Origin: Spirochaetia bacterium
Lineage (GTDB): Bacteria; Spirochaetota; Spirochaetia; SZUA-6; Bin103
Direction of reading: 5' to 3'
DNA: 64,000 nt
Assembly: GCA_965203515.1 (NCBI GenBank)
Contig: OZ241907.1
Coordinates: 3,424,001 to 3,488,000 of the forward strand
Shown here: one piece after another, positions 10,048 through 21,050 of the stretch
Layout of the letters: each line of letters starts with the position of its first letter
How positions within the stretch are numbered: position 1 is the stretch's first letter
The notes under the pieces: model-generated
Databases searched by the model: none
The model's input: the letters and a program-made list of their open reading frames with translations, nothing else
Told to the model about the DNA's origin: nothing
Position numbers and translations under genes: made by a program

Positions 10048-10783
10048 CGCGGACCTCCCGCGCGCGCGCCAGCCGCCGCGGCCGGCGCCGGCCGTCGGGT
10101 CGGCCGCCGTCCGGCCCGCGTCCCGGCAGGAGTCCGGCGCCGCGGTCGGCGGCGTCCAGACGGTTGACCCTGCCGCTCAGGGTGAGCCGGCGGCGCAGCC
10201 CCCGCTCCATCAACAACAGCATGTCCTGGGTCAGGTCCTCGATGTGGTCGCTGCCGATCTCCGCCAACAGCGCGCCGTAGACCGACACCAGCAGGCGGCG
10301 CGCGTCGTTGTAGCGGCCGACGCGAAAGGTGCGGCGGCGGATGCCGTCCGCCAGGATGGCGTCGAGCAGCTCGCCGACCGCAGCCTGCAGCCGGCGGCGG
10401 CGGCGGTCGCGCTCCTCCGGCGACGGGTAGCCGAACCGGCGCGCGCCGGTGAGCACGCCGAGCAGCAGCGGGTTGCCGCGCAGCCCCAGGGTGATGAACC
10501 GGTACAGCGCCTTGAGCTGGTTCATCGGGTTCTTGAACCGGGCGATCACCTGCCGCGCCTGCAGCATCCCCCGCTCGGCGGCGCGGTCCAGGATGGCGCC
10601 GAAGAAGGTCTCCTTGTCCGGGAAGTGGTTGTAGAACGAGCCGGTCGACACGCCCACGGCGTCGGTCACCTCCGCGATCGTCACCCCGCGGTAGCCGTGC
10701 TCGGCGAACAGGCGCTCGCCCGCCTGCAGAAACTGCTCGCGGCGGGCGGTGCGGTCGGACGCGGTCGCGGACGCCACCGGCAT
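10040..10783 (-). CDS. TetR/AcrR family transcriptional regulator
   Basis: N-terminal HTH LFAEHGYRGVTIAEVTDAVGVSTGSFYNHFPDKE. Confidence 0.9.
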   Translation of the reverse strand: MPVASATASDRTARREQFLQAGERLFAEHGYRGVTIAEVTDAVGVSTGSFYNHFPDKETFFGAILDRAAERGMLQARQVIARFKNPMNQLKALYRFITLGLRGNPLLLGVLTGARRFGYPSPEERDRRRRRLQAAVGELLDAILADGIRRRTFRVGRYNDARRLLVSVYGALLAEIGSDHIEDLTQDMLLLMERGLRRRLTLSGRVNRLDAADRGAGLLPGRGPDGGRPDGRRRPRRLARAREVRDR

Positions 10784-10789
10784 AGCGGA

Positions 10790-10812
10790 TGAATATTACG
10801 TTCAAATGTTCA
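10790..10812. promoter_or_regulatory. candidate TetR operator between divergent tetR and aminotransferase genes
   Basis: AT-rich imperfect inverted repeat TGAATATT-N7-AATGTTCA next to the tetR start. Confidence 0.5.
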
Positions 10813-10986
10813 GTGCGCCTACCGCCCGATTCGCAGCGGACTTGGCGGCCGCAGGCGCGAAAGGGGCGCGTCAGGGCCATCCCCGCCCGCCGGCCCCGCA
10901 TCCGTCCGCAGGCGGCGATTGCCGCCGCGGCGCGTCCCCGACAAGGATGCCGCCATGACGAGCCATCTGCCCGGGAGCGACCCGCC

Positions 10987-12224
10987 ATGACCGACCTGTT
11001 CGCCAAGTGTCACGGCGACGGCGGGTACTTCGGCCGCTTTCGCGCGGCCGGCGACCGGTACTTCTCGCAGCCGGTCCTCGACTCCGCGCCCGGCCCGCGC
11101 ATGGTGTTCCAGGGCCGGCCGGTCATCATGTGGTCGGTCAACAGCTATCTCGGCCTCACCGGCAACGAGCGCATCCGCGCGCGGGCGCGCGCGGCGCTGG
11201 AACGGTACGGCACCTGGTCGCCGATGGGTTCGCGCATGCTCACCGGCAACACGCACGCGCACCTCGCGCTGGAGGAGCGACTGGCCGCCTGGTGCGGCAA
11301 GGAGGCGGCGGTCCTCTTCAACTACGGCTACCTGGGCGTGGTCGGCACCATCTCCTCGCTGATCGGACCGCAGGACGAGGTGGTCATAGACAAGCTGTCG
11401 CACGCGTCGATGATCGACGGCACGGTGCTGGCCATGGCCGGCCGCCGCTTCCGGCCCTTCCGGCACAACGACCTGGGCAGCCTGGAGCGGCAGCTCGCCG
11501 CCTCCGCCAGGCGCGAGCGCGGCGGCACCCTGGTGGTGGTCGAGGGCGTCTACGGCATGCGCGGCGACCTGGCCGACCTGCCCGGCATCTGCGGCCTGGC
11601 CAAGCGCTACGGGGCGCGGGTCTACGTGGACGACGCGCACGGCTTCGGCGTCATGGGCGCGACCGGCCGCGGTACCGGCGAGCACTTCGGCGTCCAGGAG
11701 GAGATCGACCTCTACTTCGGCACCTTCGCCAAGGCGTTCGCGGCGATCGGCGGCGTAACCGCCGGCGAGCGGACGGTCTGCGACTACGTCCGCTACAACG
11801 CCCGCACCAACGTGTTCGCCAAGAGCCTGCCGATGGTCTACGTGGAGGCGCTGGCGGCCACCCTGGACGAGATCGAGGAGCACCCGGAATATCGCGAGCG
11901 GATGTGGCGCATCGCCCGGCTGCTGCAGGACGGCCTGCGCGAGCTCGGCTTCGACCTGGGCGACACCGCCTCGCCGGTCACGCCGGTCTACGTGCCGACC
12001 GACAAGGAAGAGACCGGCATGGCGATCATGCGCACGCTGCGCGATCGGTACGGCATCTTCTGTTCCGGCGTCACCTACCCCGTGACCCCGCGCGGCGTCC
12101 ACCTCTACCGCATGATCCCGACCGCCGCCCATACCGAGGAGGACGTGGAGGCGACGCTGGCCGCCTTCAAGGCGATCCGCGACGGCTTCGGGTTGGACCT
12201 GGCGACCTGGGAGGCGAAGGCCGT

Positions 12225-12228
<4 letters not shown>
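10987..12228 (+). CDS. PLP-dependent alpha-oxoamine synthase family enzyme (BioF/Kbl/serine palmitoyltransferase-like)
   Basis: NSYLGL, DKLSHASMIDG, FRHNDL, EGVYGMRGD, DDAHGFGV, GTFAKAF PLP lysine. Confidence 0.88.
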
Positions 12229-13262
<1,034 letters not shown>

Positions 13263-13364
13263 CCGACCGAGCGGCCGTCCGCCGCCCTGGCCCGCCGCCG
13301 CCTTGGCCCGCCGCCGTCTTGGCCGCCGCCCGAGCGCGGGGCTATATTGCCGGCGGAGGCTGCA

Positions 13365-14015
13365 ATGTACGCATCGGGCCGCGACCCGGAGCCGCCGCGC
13401 TGCTGGTTGGACCGCCGGTTGGACGAGGACGAGGACGAGGAATTGGACGAGGACGAAGAGCGCGGCGACCGCGACGGCGACGAGTTCGCCGGCCGGTTCC
13501 TCAAGACCCGCTCGGTGCTGATCTCGGGAGAGATCAACAAGCGCCTGGCGGAGCGGGTGATCAAGCAGCTCATCCTGCTGGAGGAAGACGGCGGCGATCC
13601 GATCCGGGTCTTCATCGATTCGCCCGGCGGCGACGCGGACGCCGGCTACGCGATCTTCGACATGCTGCGCTTCGTCGAGCCGCCGGTGATCACCATCGGC
13701 ATGGGGCTGGTCGCCAGCGCCGCCGCCATCGTGCTGCTGGCCGCTCCCCGCGACCGCCGGATCGGCCTGCCCAACTCGCACTACCTGATACATCAGCCGC
13801 TGTCGGGCATCCGCGGCGTCGCCACCGAGATCGAGATCCACGCCCGCGAGCTGGAGAAGCTGCGCTCGAAGATCAATCGGATGATCGCCGACGAGACCGG
13901 CCAGGCGCTCGACAAGGTGGAGCGCGACACCGACCGCGACTACTGGCTGAGCGCCGAGGAGGCGCAGGAGTACGGACTGGTGGCGCGCATCATCGCCAAC
14001 CGCAAGGAACTCTAG
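13365..14015 (+). CDS. clpP: ATP-dependent Clp protease proteolytic subunit
   Basis: FIDSPGG, GLVASAAA (catalytic Ser), IHQP, DTDRDYWLSAEEA; TATATT and GGAGG upstream. Confidence 0.93.
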   Translation: MYASGRDPEPPRCWLDRRLDEDEDEELDEDEERGDRDGDEFAGRFLKTRSVLISGEINKRLAERVIKQLILLEEDGGDPIRVFIDSPGGDADAGYAIFDMLRFVEPPVITIGMGLVASAAAIVLLAAPRDRRIGLPNSHYLIHQPLSGIRGVATEIEIHARELEKLRSKINRMIADETGQALDKVERDTDRDYWLSAEEAQEYGLVARIIANRKEL

Positions 14016-14103
14016 CTCTAGCCTGGCTTGGCGCCCCGGCCCGCCGGGCGCGCGCGGCCGCCCGGCGTTGAAGCGGCACGGACCGGCGTGCGCTGTATGG
14101 GGC

Positions 14104-15189
14104 ATGAGATGGAACCGTGACCGTAGAACGGCCGTCGGCCGCGCCGCGCCGGTGGGGCTGCTCGCCCTCCTGCTGATCCCGGCCGCGCCGGCTGCCGCGG
14201 AGGAGCCGCTCAGCGTGCTCTCCTACAACGTCCAGAACCTGTTCGACGCCGACGAGCAGGGCGGCGAGTACGACCAGTTCCGCGCCGGCCGCTGGGACGC
14301 CGCGCGCTACGCCGCGCGCCTCACGCAGATCGCCGCCGTGCTGCGCGAGGCGCCGCCGGGCGGCGCCGACGTGATCGCCCTGCAGGAGGTGGAGAACCGC
14401 GCCGCCGCCCTCGACCTGCGCGCCCGCCTGCGCGGCCTGCGCTACCGCTACGCGGTCGCCTTCCCCAACGACGGCGCCGATGCGGGGCTCGCCCTCACCC
14501 CGGTGGTGCTGTCCCGCGTGCCGGTGCTGCGGGTGCGCCTGCATCAGGTGTGGCACGACGGCCGCTACCTGCGGCCGATCGTGGAGGTGGAGCTCGAGGC
14601 GGGCGCCGGCCGGCCGCTGGTGCTGTTCAACAATCACTGGAAGTCCAAGCGGGGCGGGGCCGAAGAGACCGAGCCGGCCCGCCGGGCGGCGGCCGCCGTG
14701 CTCGCCGCCCGCCTCCGCGCGCTGCAGCGGGCCGATCCCCTGGTCGACGTGGTAGTCGCCGGCGATCTGAACGAGGACGTCGACGAGCACGCCGCCGCCG
14801 CGTACCCGACCGCGCTGGTCCGGTTCGCCGGGCCGGCCGGTCCGCCGGACGCGCTGGCGCTCACCGGGCGGCCGTTCGATCCGCCGCCGTTCGATCGGCC
14901 GGCCGGCCGCGTGACGCTGTACAGCCCCTGGCTGGAGCTGGCGGCGGCCGAGCGGGGCACGGTGGTGCACCGCGGCGCATGGGGCACTCCCGACCACTTC
15001 CTGCTGAGCGCCGGGCTGTTCGACCGCGCCGGCCTCTGGTACGAGGCGGGCGGCTTCGCGGTGATCCGCGACGATCTGGTGTCGCCCGCTACCGGCCACC
15101 CGCGGCGCTGGACCGGCTCGGAGGGCCGGTCCGATCACCTGCCGATCCTGCTGCGCCTGCGCCGCGGCCGAGCGGCGGATCGAGAGTGA
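14104..15189 (+). CDS. secreted endonuclease/exonuclease/phosphatase family protein
   Basis: Signal peptide, SYNVQNLFD, ALQEVEN, NNHWKSK, AGDLN, DHFL, SDHLPI. Confidence 0.88.
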   Translation: MRWNRDRRTAVGRAAPVGLLALLLIPAAPAAAEEPLSVLSYNVQNLFDADEQGGEYDQFRAGRWDAARYAARLTQIAAVLREAPPGGADVIALQEVENRAAALDLRARLRGLRYRYAVAFPNDGADAGLALTPVVLSRVPVLRVRLHQVWHDGRYLRPIVEVELEAGAGRPLVLFNNHWKSKRGGAEETEPARRAAAAVLAARLRALQRADPLVDVVVAGDLNEDVDEHAAAAYPTALVRFAGPAGPPDALALTGRPFDPPPFDRPAGRVTLYSPWLELAAAERGTVVHRGAWGTPDHFLLSAGLFDRAGLWYEAGGFAVIRDDLVSPATGHPRRWTGSEGRSDHLPILLRLRRGRAADRE

Positions 15190-15237
15190 CGGCGCGGCGC
15201 CTGAGCGACCGGCGGGCCGGCGCGCTACACTCGGTAC

Positions 15238-16572
15238 GTGGAACACTACGAGTCGTCCGCTGACTACCTGGCGGCGCTGGAAACGCGCGGCGCCCTGCCG
15301 GCCGGCTTCGGGGTCGCCGCGGCGGCGACCGCCTTCGAGCCGCCGGAGCGGCCGGGCAAGGAGTTGCCGCTGCGCGTCGCGCTGCTGCTGGCCGATCGGC
15401 CGACGCCGGCCTTCGCGGCCACGCTGACCCGCAACGCCCTGCGCGGCGCGCCGGTGCAGGTGGTCGCCGACCTGCTCGACCGGCGCGCGCCGGTGCGGGG
15501 CGTGCTGGTCAACAACGCGGTCTCCAACGTGGGGGTCGCCTCCGGCGTCGACGACGCCATGACCGTGCTGGAACGGCTGGCCGGGGAGGTGGGCGCCGCC
15601 GGGGCCATGAGCGGCGCCGGGCAGGCGTTCGCCCCCGCCTCCACCGGCGTGATCGGCTGGCGGCTGCCGGTCGCGCCGATCTGCGCGGCGCTGCCCGGTC
15701 TGGTGGCCGCCTGCGCGCCCGGCGCCGCGCCGGCCGGCACCGCGCCGACCGGCAGCGTTCTGCCGGCCGCGCGCGCGATCATGACCACGGACCGCTATCC
15801 CAAGGTGCGGAGCCGCCGCGCCGGCGCGGCGACCGTGACCGGCATCGCCAAGGGAGCCGGCATGATCGAGCCGTCGATGGCCACCATGCTGGCGTTCCTG
15901 CTCACCGACGCCGCGGTCGACCGCGGCGCGCTGCAGCGCCTGCTCGACGCGGCGGTGCGGGACAGCTTCAACCGCATCTCGGTCGACGGCGATCAGAGCA
16001 CCAGCGACATGGTGCTGGCGCTCGCCTCGCAGCGCGCCGCGCCGGTGGCGGAGGAGGCGCTCGGCGACGCCATCGCCGGGGTCTGCCGCGACCTGGCCGC
16101 CGACATCGTGCGCAACGGCGAGGGGGTGGAGCACGTGATCCGCGTCGCCGTGCGCGCGCCGGGAACGGACGAGCAGGCGGCGGCGATCGGCAAGGCGGTC
16201 GTCAACTCGCCGCTGGTCAAGACCGCGGTGTTCGGCGACGACCCCAACGTGGGCCGCATCGTCAGCGCCGTGGGCGACCATCTGGGCGGTCTGGCCGGGG
16301 GCTCGGCGCCGCCGCTGGCGGCGGCGGTCGTGCGGCTGGGCGGGATCACCGTGTTCGGCGGCGGCGCGTTCGCCCTGGACGGGGCCAAGGAGGCGGCGCT
16401 CGCCTCCTACCTGCGGGAGCGGCGCATCGACCACACGCTCGACTACCCCCCGCACGACCGCGCGGTGGAGATCGAGATCGACTTCGGCGCCGCCCGCGCG
16501 GCGTCGGCGGTGGTGCTGGGGACCGACCTGTCGCACGGCTACGTGACCGAGAACGCCGACTACCGCTCCTGA
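15238..16572 (+). CDS. argJ: ornithine acetyltransferase / N-acetylglutamate synthase
   Basis: ASTGVIG, AIMTTD, KGAGMIEPSMATML, DGDQSTSD, RNGEG, NSPLVKTA, YVTENADYRS. Confidence 0.93.
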   Translation: MEHYESSADYLAALETRGALPAGFGVAAAATAFEPPERPGKELPLRVALLLADRPTPAFAATLTRNALRGAPVQVVADLLDRRAPVRGVLVNNAVSNVGVASGVDDAMTVLERLAGEVGAAGAMSGAGQAFAPASTGVIGWRLPVAPICAALPGLVAACAPGAAPAGTAPTGSVLPAARAIMTTDRYPKVRSRRAGAATVTGIAKGAGMIEPSMATMLAFLLTDAAVDRGALQRLLDAAVRDSFNRISVDGDQSTSDMVLALASQRAAPVAEEALGDAIAGVCRDLAADIVRNGEGVEHVIRVAVRAPGTDEQAAAIGKAVVNSPLVKTAVFGDDPNVGRIVSAVGDHLGGLAGGSAPPLAAAVVRLGGITVFGGGAFALDGAKEAALASYLRERRIDHTLDYPPHDRAVEIEIDFGAARAASAVVLGTDLSHGYVTENADYRS

Positions 16573-16609
16573 GGCCGGCGCTCCTGAAGGGCGGCGCTCC
16601 TGAGGCCGG
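16564..16609 (+). repeat. three tandem copies of a 15-16 bp unit containing the argJ stop codon
   Basis: cgctcctgaggccgg / cgctcctgaagggcgg / cgctcctgaggccgg. Confidence 0.75.
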
Positions 16610-16622
16610 CGGGGCGCCGCCG

Positions 16623-16841
16623 TCAGCGCTCGCGGTAGATGATGCGGCCGCGGTTGAGGTCGTAGGGGGACAGCGCCACCTTGACCTGATCGCCCGGCAC
16701 GATGCGGATGTAGTGCTTGCGCATCTTGCCGGACAGGTGGGCCAGGATGCGGTGACCGTTCGGCAGCTCCACCCGGAACATGGTGTTCGGCAGGGACTCC
16801 CGCACGGTTCCCTGCACTTCGATCGCGTCTTCCTTGGCCAC
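16623..16841 (-). CDS. infA: translation initiation factor IF-1
   Basis: [30 protein letters not shown]...[11 protein letters not shown]...[12 protein letters not shown]. Confidence 0.98.
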   Translation of the reverse strand: MAKEDAIEVQGTVRESLPNTMFRVELPNGHRILAHLSGKMRKHYIRIVPGDQVKVALSPYDLNRGRIIYRER

Positions 16842-16853
16842 CGGTCGGCCCGG

Positions 16854-16883
16854 AGTCTACGGAGGGGCGCCGGCCGCTGTCAA
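16854..16883 (-). promoter_or_regulatory. sigma70-type promoter of infA
   Basis: TTGACA-N18-TAGACT on the minus strand, 12 nt before the GTG. Confidence 0.7.
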
Positions 16884-17138
16884 CCAAGCCCTTGCAAGGG
16901 CGCATTTCCAAGATGCAGGGGTGAGCGTCGGGGCCTGCCAAACAGGTGGCAGCGCCCTTGACAACCCCCCGTCCGGTGTGGTTCGGTTCAAGTGGCGCCG
17001 GCAGGTGACCGACACATAGGGATGTAGTGCCCGCGGGTCGGTTGACACCGGGTAGGTGGTGTCTTCACACTGCGGGCGGACGAAGAGGGGTGAGCGGGCC
17101 GTTGGCTCATGGAGCCCCGAAGCTTTAAGGAGGAAGCA

Positions 17139-18434
17139 ATGCGCAAGATCGCACTTCTAACTGTGCCGTTGGTGATACTCGGCCTCGTCTCGCTCCACGC
17201 GGAGGAGATGGACGCCGGACCGATGGTCGCAGACTCACCCAAGGTTGAGCTGAAGGGCAACTCGACACTGACGTTCGGCATCGACCTGGACACGAATGCC
17301 ACCGGCTTCTCCAACACCGTGGAGACCGACCTCAAGGTGACCCTGATCCCCAAGGCGACCAGCAATTCCGGCATGGACGGCATGGGCGACATCTACGGCT
17401 GGATCGAGTTGAAGGACTACAAGTGGGAAGTGACCTCTGCCGACGGCAGCGGCGCCACCACGGCCCCCTCGATCACCACCAAGCTGTTCGTGGGACCGTT
17501 CTCGATCACGACGTACAACAAGCCGACGATCGAGATCGACTACGTCGATCCCAAGGACGATGACGATAACGACGCCACGGACGTCGATCACGGGTATGGC
17601 GCCGGCGCCGACGGTGGCGGGCTGACCCTGGGCTACAAGCTGGATCCGATCGACCTGAGCGTGGGCGTCATTTCCGAGAACGACTGGAAGGATGACGACG
17701 AATCGGCAGCGGCCCGCACCGACTGTCACGTGCACGACAAGGACGGCAAGATCTCGGATTGCTCGGTGGACCAGGTCGACAGCGACCAGAACACGAAGAA
17801 CGCCTATGCCTTCCTGGGCAAGATCGGCGTGGACATCGGCGATTCGGCCCATGTGGAGATGGCGGCCTCCTACGGCCATGAGTATGACGAGAAGCCGATC
17901 GGCATCGGCGCCAAGGCGACCTTCGACCTCAACGACACCATCCACCCGCACGTCGCCTTCGACGGCGAGATCCCCGAGGGCGGCGCCAACATCCCGTGGG
18001 ACGTCGGGTCCGGCCTCAAGTGGGACCTGTCGGACGACGACAAGAGCTACTTCGAGACCAACCTGATGATGCACATCCCGCAGGAAGGCAACTCGACCCT
18101 GGGCATCTCGGCCACCCTCAAGGAGGGCGATGAGGACAAGGGCGCGCTGGAGAGCCTGGGCGCCACCCTGACGGTCAGTCTCAACGACCTCACCTCCCAG
18201 ACCGGCAAGAACTCGTGGGCAGCGGACGTCGCCGCCCACTACAAGGTGAGCGGGATCAAGCCGTTCTTCGACGTCTCGTTCAGCGACGCGAAGGACGCGA
18301 AGACCAAGTTCACGGCCGGCCTGGAGCTGTCGATGGTCGAGAATCTGGTCACCACGATCCAGTACAAGAGCGACGACATCACCGGCGGCACCGACAGGGG
18401 TGACGTGACCGCTGCGCTGAAGATCTCCTACTAG
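17139..18434 (+). CDS. major outer sheath protein (Msp/Tpr-like beta-barrel porin)
   Basis: Strong RBS TAAGGAGG, signal peptide, KGNSTLTFGIDLD..GFSN and IYGWIELKD resembling the treponemal MOSP N-terminus, C-terminal beta-signal LKISY, own terminator. Confidence 0.75.
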   Translation: MRKIALLTVPLVILGLVSLHAEEMDAGPMVADSPKVELKGNSTLTFGIDLDTNATGFSNTVETDLKVTLIPKATSNSGMDGMGDIYGWIELKDYKWEVTSADGSGATTAPSITTKLFVGPFSITTYNKPTIEIDYVDPKDDDDNDATDVDHGYGAGADGGGLTLGYKLDPIDLSVGVISENDWKDDDESAAARTDCHVHDKDGKISDCSVDQVDSDQNTKNAYAFLGKIGVDIGDSAHVEMAASYGHEYDEKPIGIGAKATFDLNDTIHPHVAFDGEIPEGGANIPWDVGSGLKWDLSDDDKSYFETNLMMHIPQEGNSTLGISATLKEGDEDKGALESLGATLTVSLNDLTSQTGKNSWAADVAAHYKVSGIKPFFDVSFSDAKDAKTKFTAGLELSMVENLVTTIQYKSDDITGGTDRGDVTAALKISY

Positions 18435-18458
18435 ACCCCGGTTTCCGTCAGACCGACC

Positions 18459-18488
18459 AAGGGGTGCACCTCAGGGTGCACCCCTTTT
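18459..18488 (+). terminator. intrinsic terminator after the msp-like gene
   Basis: AAGGGGTGCACC-TCAG-GGTGCACCCCTTTT. Confidence 0.9.
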
Positions 18489-18633
18489 CCGTTAAGCGCC
18501 CCGCATTGAAGCGGCAGCGCGGCGCGCGGCGTTTCATGGGTACCGAAGGGCGTCCTCCATCCTCCATCCGGCCGGCCGAGTCGTGATGACACCCGGCCCA
18601 CCCGCCGGTAGGATCGGAGCCGGGGGAGACCGG

Positions 18634-19440
18634 ATGGCGCTCGGGGAGATGAACGTGAGCAACGAGTTGATAGGGATCATCCTGGCGGCGGTCGGCCTCG
18701 CCACCGCCATACTCGCCTCCAACAGAGGGCTTCGCAACGAAGTGAAGGCGAGCGAAGGCCGACTTCGCGATGAAATCGCCAAGCTCAGAGGCGACATGAA
18801 GGCCGGCGACGACGCGCTCAGGGACGAAATCAGGGCGCTCAGAGACGACATGAAGGCGGGCGACGCCGGGCTCAGGGACGACATGAAGGCGGGCGACGCC
18901 GCGCTCAGGGACGAAGTGAAGGCGGGCGACGCCGCGCTCAGGGACGAAGTGAAGGCGGGCGACGCCGCGCTCAGGGACGAAGTGAAGGCGGGCGACGCCG
19001 CGCTCAGGGACGAAATCAGGGGGTGTGAAAGCCGGCTCCGCGATGACATGGCCAAGCTCGAAGCCGCGCTCAGAAGCGAAATGAAGGCGGGCGAAGCCGG
19101 GCTCAGGGACGAAATGAAGGCGGGCGAAGCCGGGCTCAGGGACGAAATGAAGGCGGGCGAAGTCGGGCTCAGGGACGAAATGAAGGCGGGCGACGCCGCG
19201 CTCAGGGACGAAGTGAAGGCGAGCGAGGCCCGACTCAGAGGCGAAGTGGAGGCCAGCGAGGCCCGACTCAGAGGCGCAATCGACAAGATCGAAGACGCGG
19301 TCGGCGAGCTCAGAGGCGAAGTGGCGGTCGGCTTCAGGGTATTCGGCGAGCGGCTGTCGAAGGTCGAGGGGGTCATCGAGGGGATGTTCCGGGGCGACCG
19401 CGAACAGGCGCACGACACGCCGGAGGAAGGGGCCGCGTAG
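18634..19440 (+). CDS. membrane-anchored coiled-coil protein with 11-residue repeats (start 18634-18655 uncertain)
   Basis: N-terminal TM (LIGIILAAVGLATAILA), then about 16 LRDEVKAGDAA-type hendecads, C-terminal ERLSKVEG. Confidence 0.8.
   Translation: MALGEMNVSNELIGIILAAVGLATAILASNRGLRNEVKASEGRLRDEIAKLRGDMKAGDDALRDEIRALRDDMKAGDAGLRDDMKAGDAALRDEVKAGDAALRDEVKAGDAALRDEVKAGDAALRDEIRGCESRLRDDMAKLEAALRSEMKAGEAGLRDEMKAGEAGLRDEMKAGEVGLRDEMKAGDAALRDEVKASEARLRGEVEASEARLRGAIDKIEDAVGELRGEVAVGFRVFGERLSKVEGVIEGMFRGDREQAHDTPEEGAA
18784..19275 (+). repeat. 33-bp intragenic tandem repeat
   Basis: ctcagggacgaa(g/a)tgaaggcgggcga(c/a)gcc(gcg/ggg) unit, several copies identical. Confidence 0.9.
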
Positions 19441-19496
19441 CCGGGAGTTCGCGCGCCGGGTCGTTCGGCCGGCGGCCGTTGCGGTAGTATCCGGCC

Positions 19497-21050
19497 ATGC
19501 AGGTGACGATCAGGAGCGGCGACCCGGTCGCCGAGCAGTGCGACGCGATGGTGGTGCCGGTCGCCGCGGAAGCGGCGGTCGCCGAGAACGAGGCGGTCGC
19601 CGAGGATGCGGCGGTCGCCAAGGATGCGGCGGTCGCCAAGGATGCGGCGCTGAGCGGCCCGGCCGCGGCGGTCGACGCGGCGGCCGGAGGCGCCCTCTCG
19701 GCCGTGACGGAGCTGGGCGACTTCCGCGGCAAGGCCGATTCGACCCGTCTGGTGCACGTCGGCGCCGGGCTCGGCACGCGGCGGGTGTTGCTGGTCGGCG
19801 CCGGCAGCGGCGGCGACCCGGCGGAGGACGGGCGCCGGACCGGCGGCGCCGCCATCGGCGGCCTCGCCGGCTTGACCGTCCGCTCGGCGGCCGTGGTGTT
19901 GCCGGCCGGTGCGGACGCCCGGTTCGTGCAGGGGCTGGTCGAGGGGCTGGTCCTCGCCTCCTACCGCTTCGACCGCTACCGGACGCCGGAGGACGATGAG
20001 ACCGCCCCCGTGGAGGCGGTCACGCTGCTCGCCGCCCAGGCATCCGACGCGCGCGATCTGAGCGCGGCCGTCGACCGCGCGTTGATCCTCGGCGAAGCCT
20101 CCTGCCTGGCGCGCGACCTGGTCAACGAGCCGCCCAACCACCTTTCGCCGGCCGCGCTGGCCGACCGCGCCGTGCAGGTGGCGGGCGAGCGCGGCCTGCG
20201 CAGCCTGGTGCTCGGCCCGGCGGAGCTGGCCGAGCAGGGCTTCGGCGCGCTGCTGGGCGTCTCCGCAGGCAGCGCCGCGGAACCGCGCTTCATCGTGCTG
20301 GAGCACGCCGGCCAGGACGCGGGCGCCGCCCCGCTGGTGCTGGTCGGCAAGGGCATCACCTTCGACAGCGGCGGTCTGTCGATCAAGACCGGCAAGGGCA
20401 TGGAGGACATGAAGACCGACATGGCCGGCGCCGCCGCCGTACTCGGCGCCATGCAGGCGATCGGCCGCCTGGGCTGCCGGCAGCGCGTGATCGGCCTGAT
20501 CGCCGCCACGGAGAACATGACCGGACCGCGCGCGCAACGGCCGGGCGACGTGGTGCGCTCTTGTGGCGGCGTCACGATCGAGGTGCTCAACACCGACGCC
20601 GAAGGCCGCCTGGTGCTGTCCGACGCCCTGGGTTACGCGGCCTCCCTGCAACCGGCCGCGGTCGTCGACGCCGCCACCCTGACCGGCGCGGCGATCGTCG
20701 CCCTGGGCCATCACGCCGCCGCGCTGCTCGGCACCGACGAGCCGCTGCTGCGCGCGGTCGAGTCGGCCGCCGCCGCCAGCGGCGAGCGGGTGTGGCGGCT
20801 GCCGCTGTGGGACGTGTACGACAAGCCGCTGAAGAGCAAGGTCGCCGACATCAAGAACATCGGCGACGGCGGCGCCGGCACCATCATCGGCGCCGCGTTC
20901 CTGAAGCGGTTCGTGAGCTACCCGTGGGCGCACCTCGACATCGCCGGCACCTCCTGGGACGTCGAGGACGTGAGCTACCACCCAAGCCGCGCCACCGGCT
21001 ACGGCGCCCGCCTGTTCACCGAGCTGGCCGCGCACTGGCCGTCCCCGTGA
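19497..21050 (+). CDS. pepA: leucyl aminopeptidase (M17)
   Basis: VGKGITFDSGG, MKTDMAGAA, NTDAEGRL, ATLTGA, WAHLDIAG. Confidence 0.95.
   Translation: MQVTIRSGDPVAEQCDAMVVPVAAEAAVAENEAVAEDAAVAKDAAVAKDAALSGPAAAVDAAAGGALSAVTELGDFRGKADSTRLVHVGAGLGTRRVLLVGAGSGGDPAEDGRRTGGAAIGGLAGLTVRSAAVVLPAGADARFVQGLVEGLVLASYRFDRYRTPEDDETAPVEAVTLLAAQASDARDLSAAVDRALILGEASCLARDLVNEPPNHLSPAALADRAVQVAGERGLRSLVLGPAELAEQGFGALLGVSAGSAAEPRFIVLEHAGQDAGAAPLVLVGKGITFDSGGLSIKTGKGMEDMKTDMAGAAAVLGAMQAIGRLGCRQRVIGLIAATENMTGPRAQRPGDVVRSCGGVTIEVLNTDAEGRLVLSDALGYAASLQPAAVVDAATLTGAAIVALGHHAAALLGTDEPLLRAVESAAAASGERVWRLPLWDVYDKPLKSKVADIKNIGDGGAGTIIGAAFLKRFVSYPWAHLDIAGTSWDVEDVSYHPSRATGYGARLFTELAAHWPSP

Noticed and set aside
18784..19275. 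33-bp repeats as a CRISPR array
   Set aside because: No unique spacers, the repeats are in-frame coding, and no cas genes are present.
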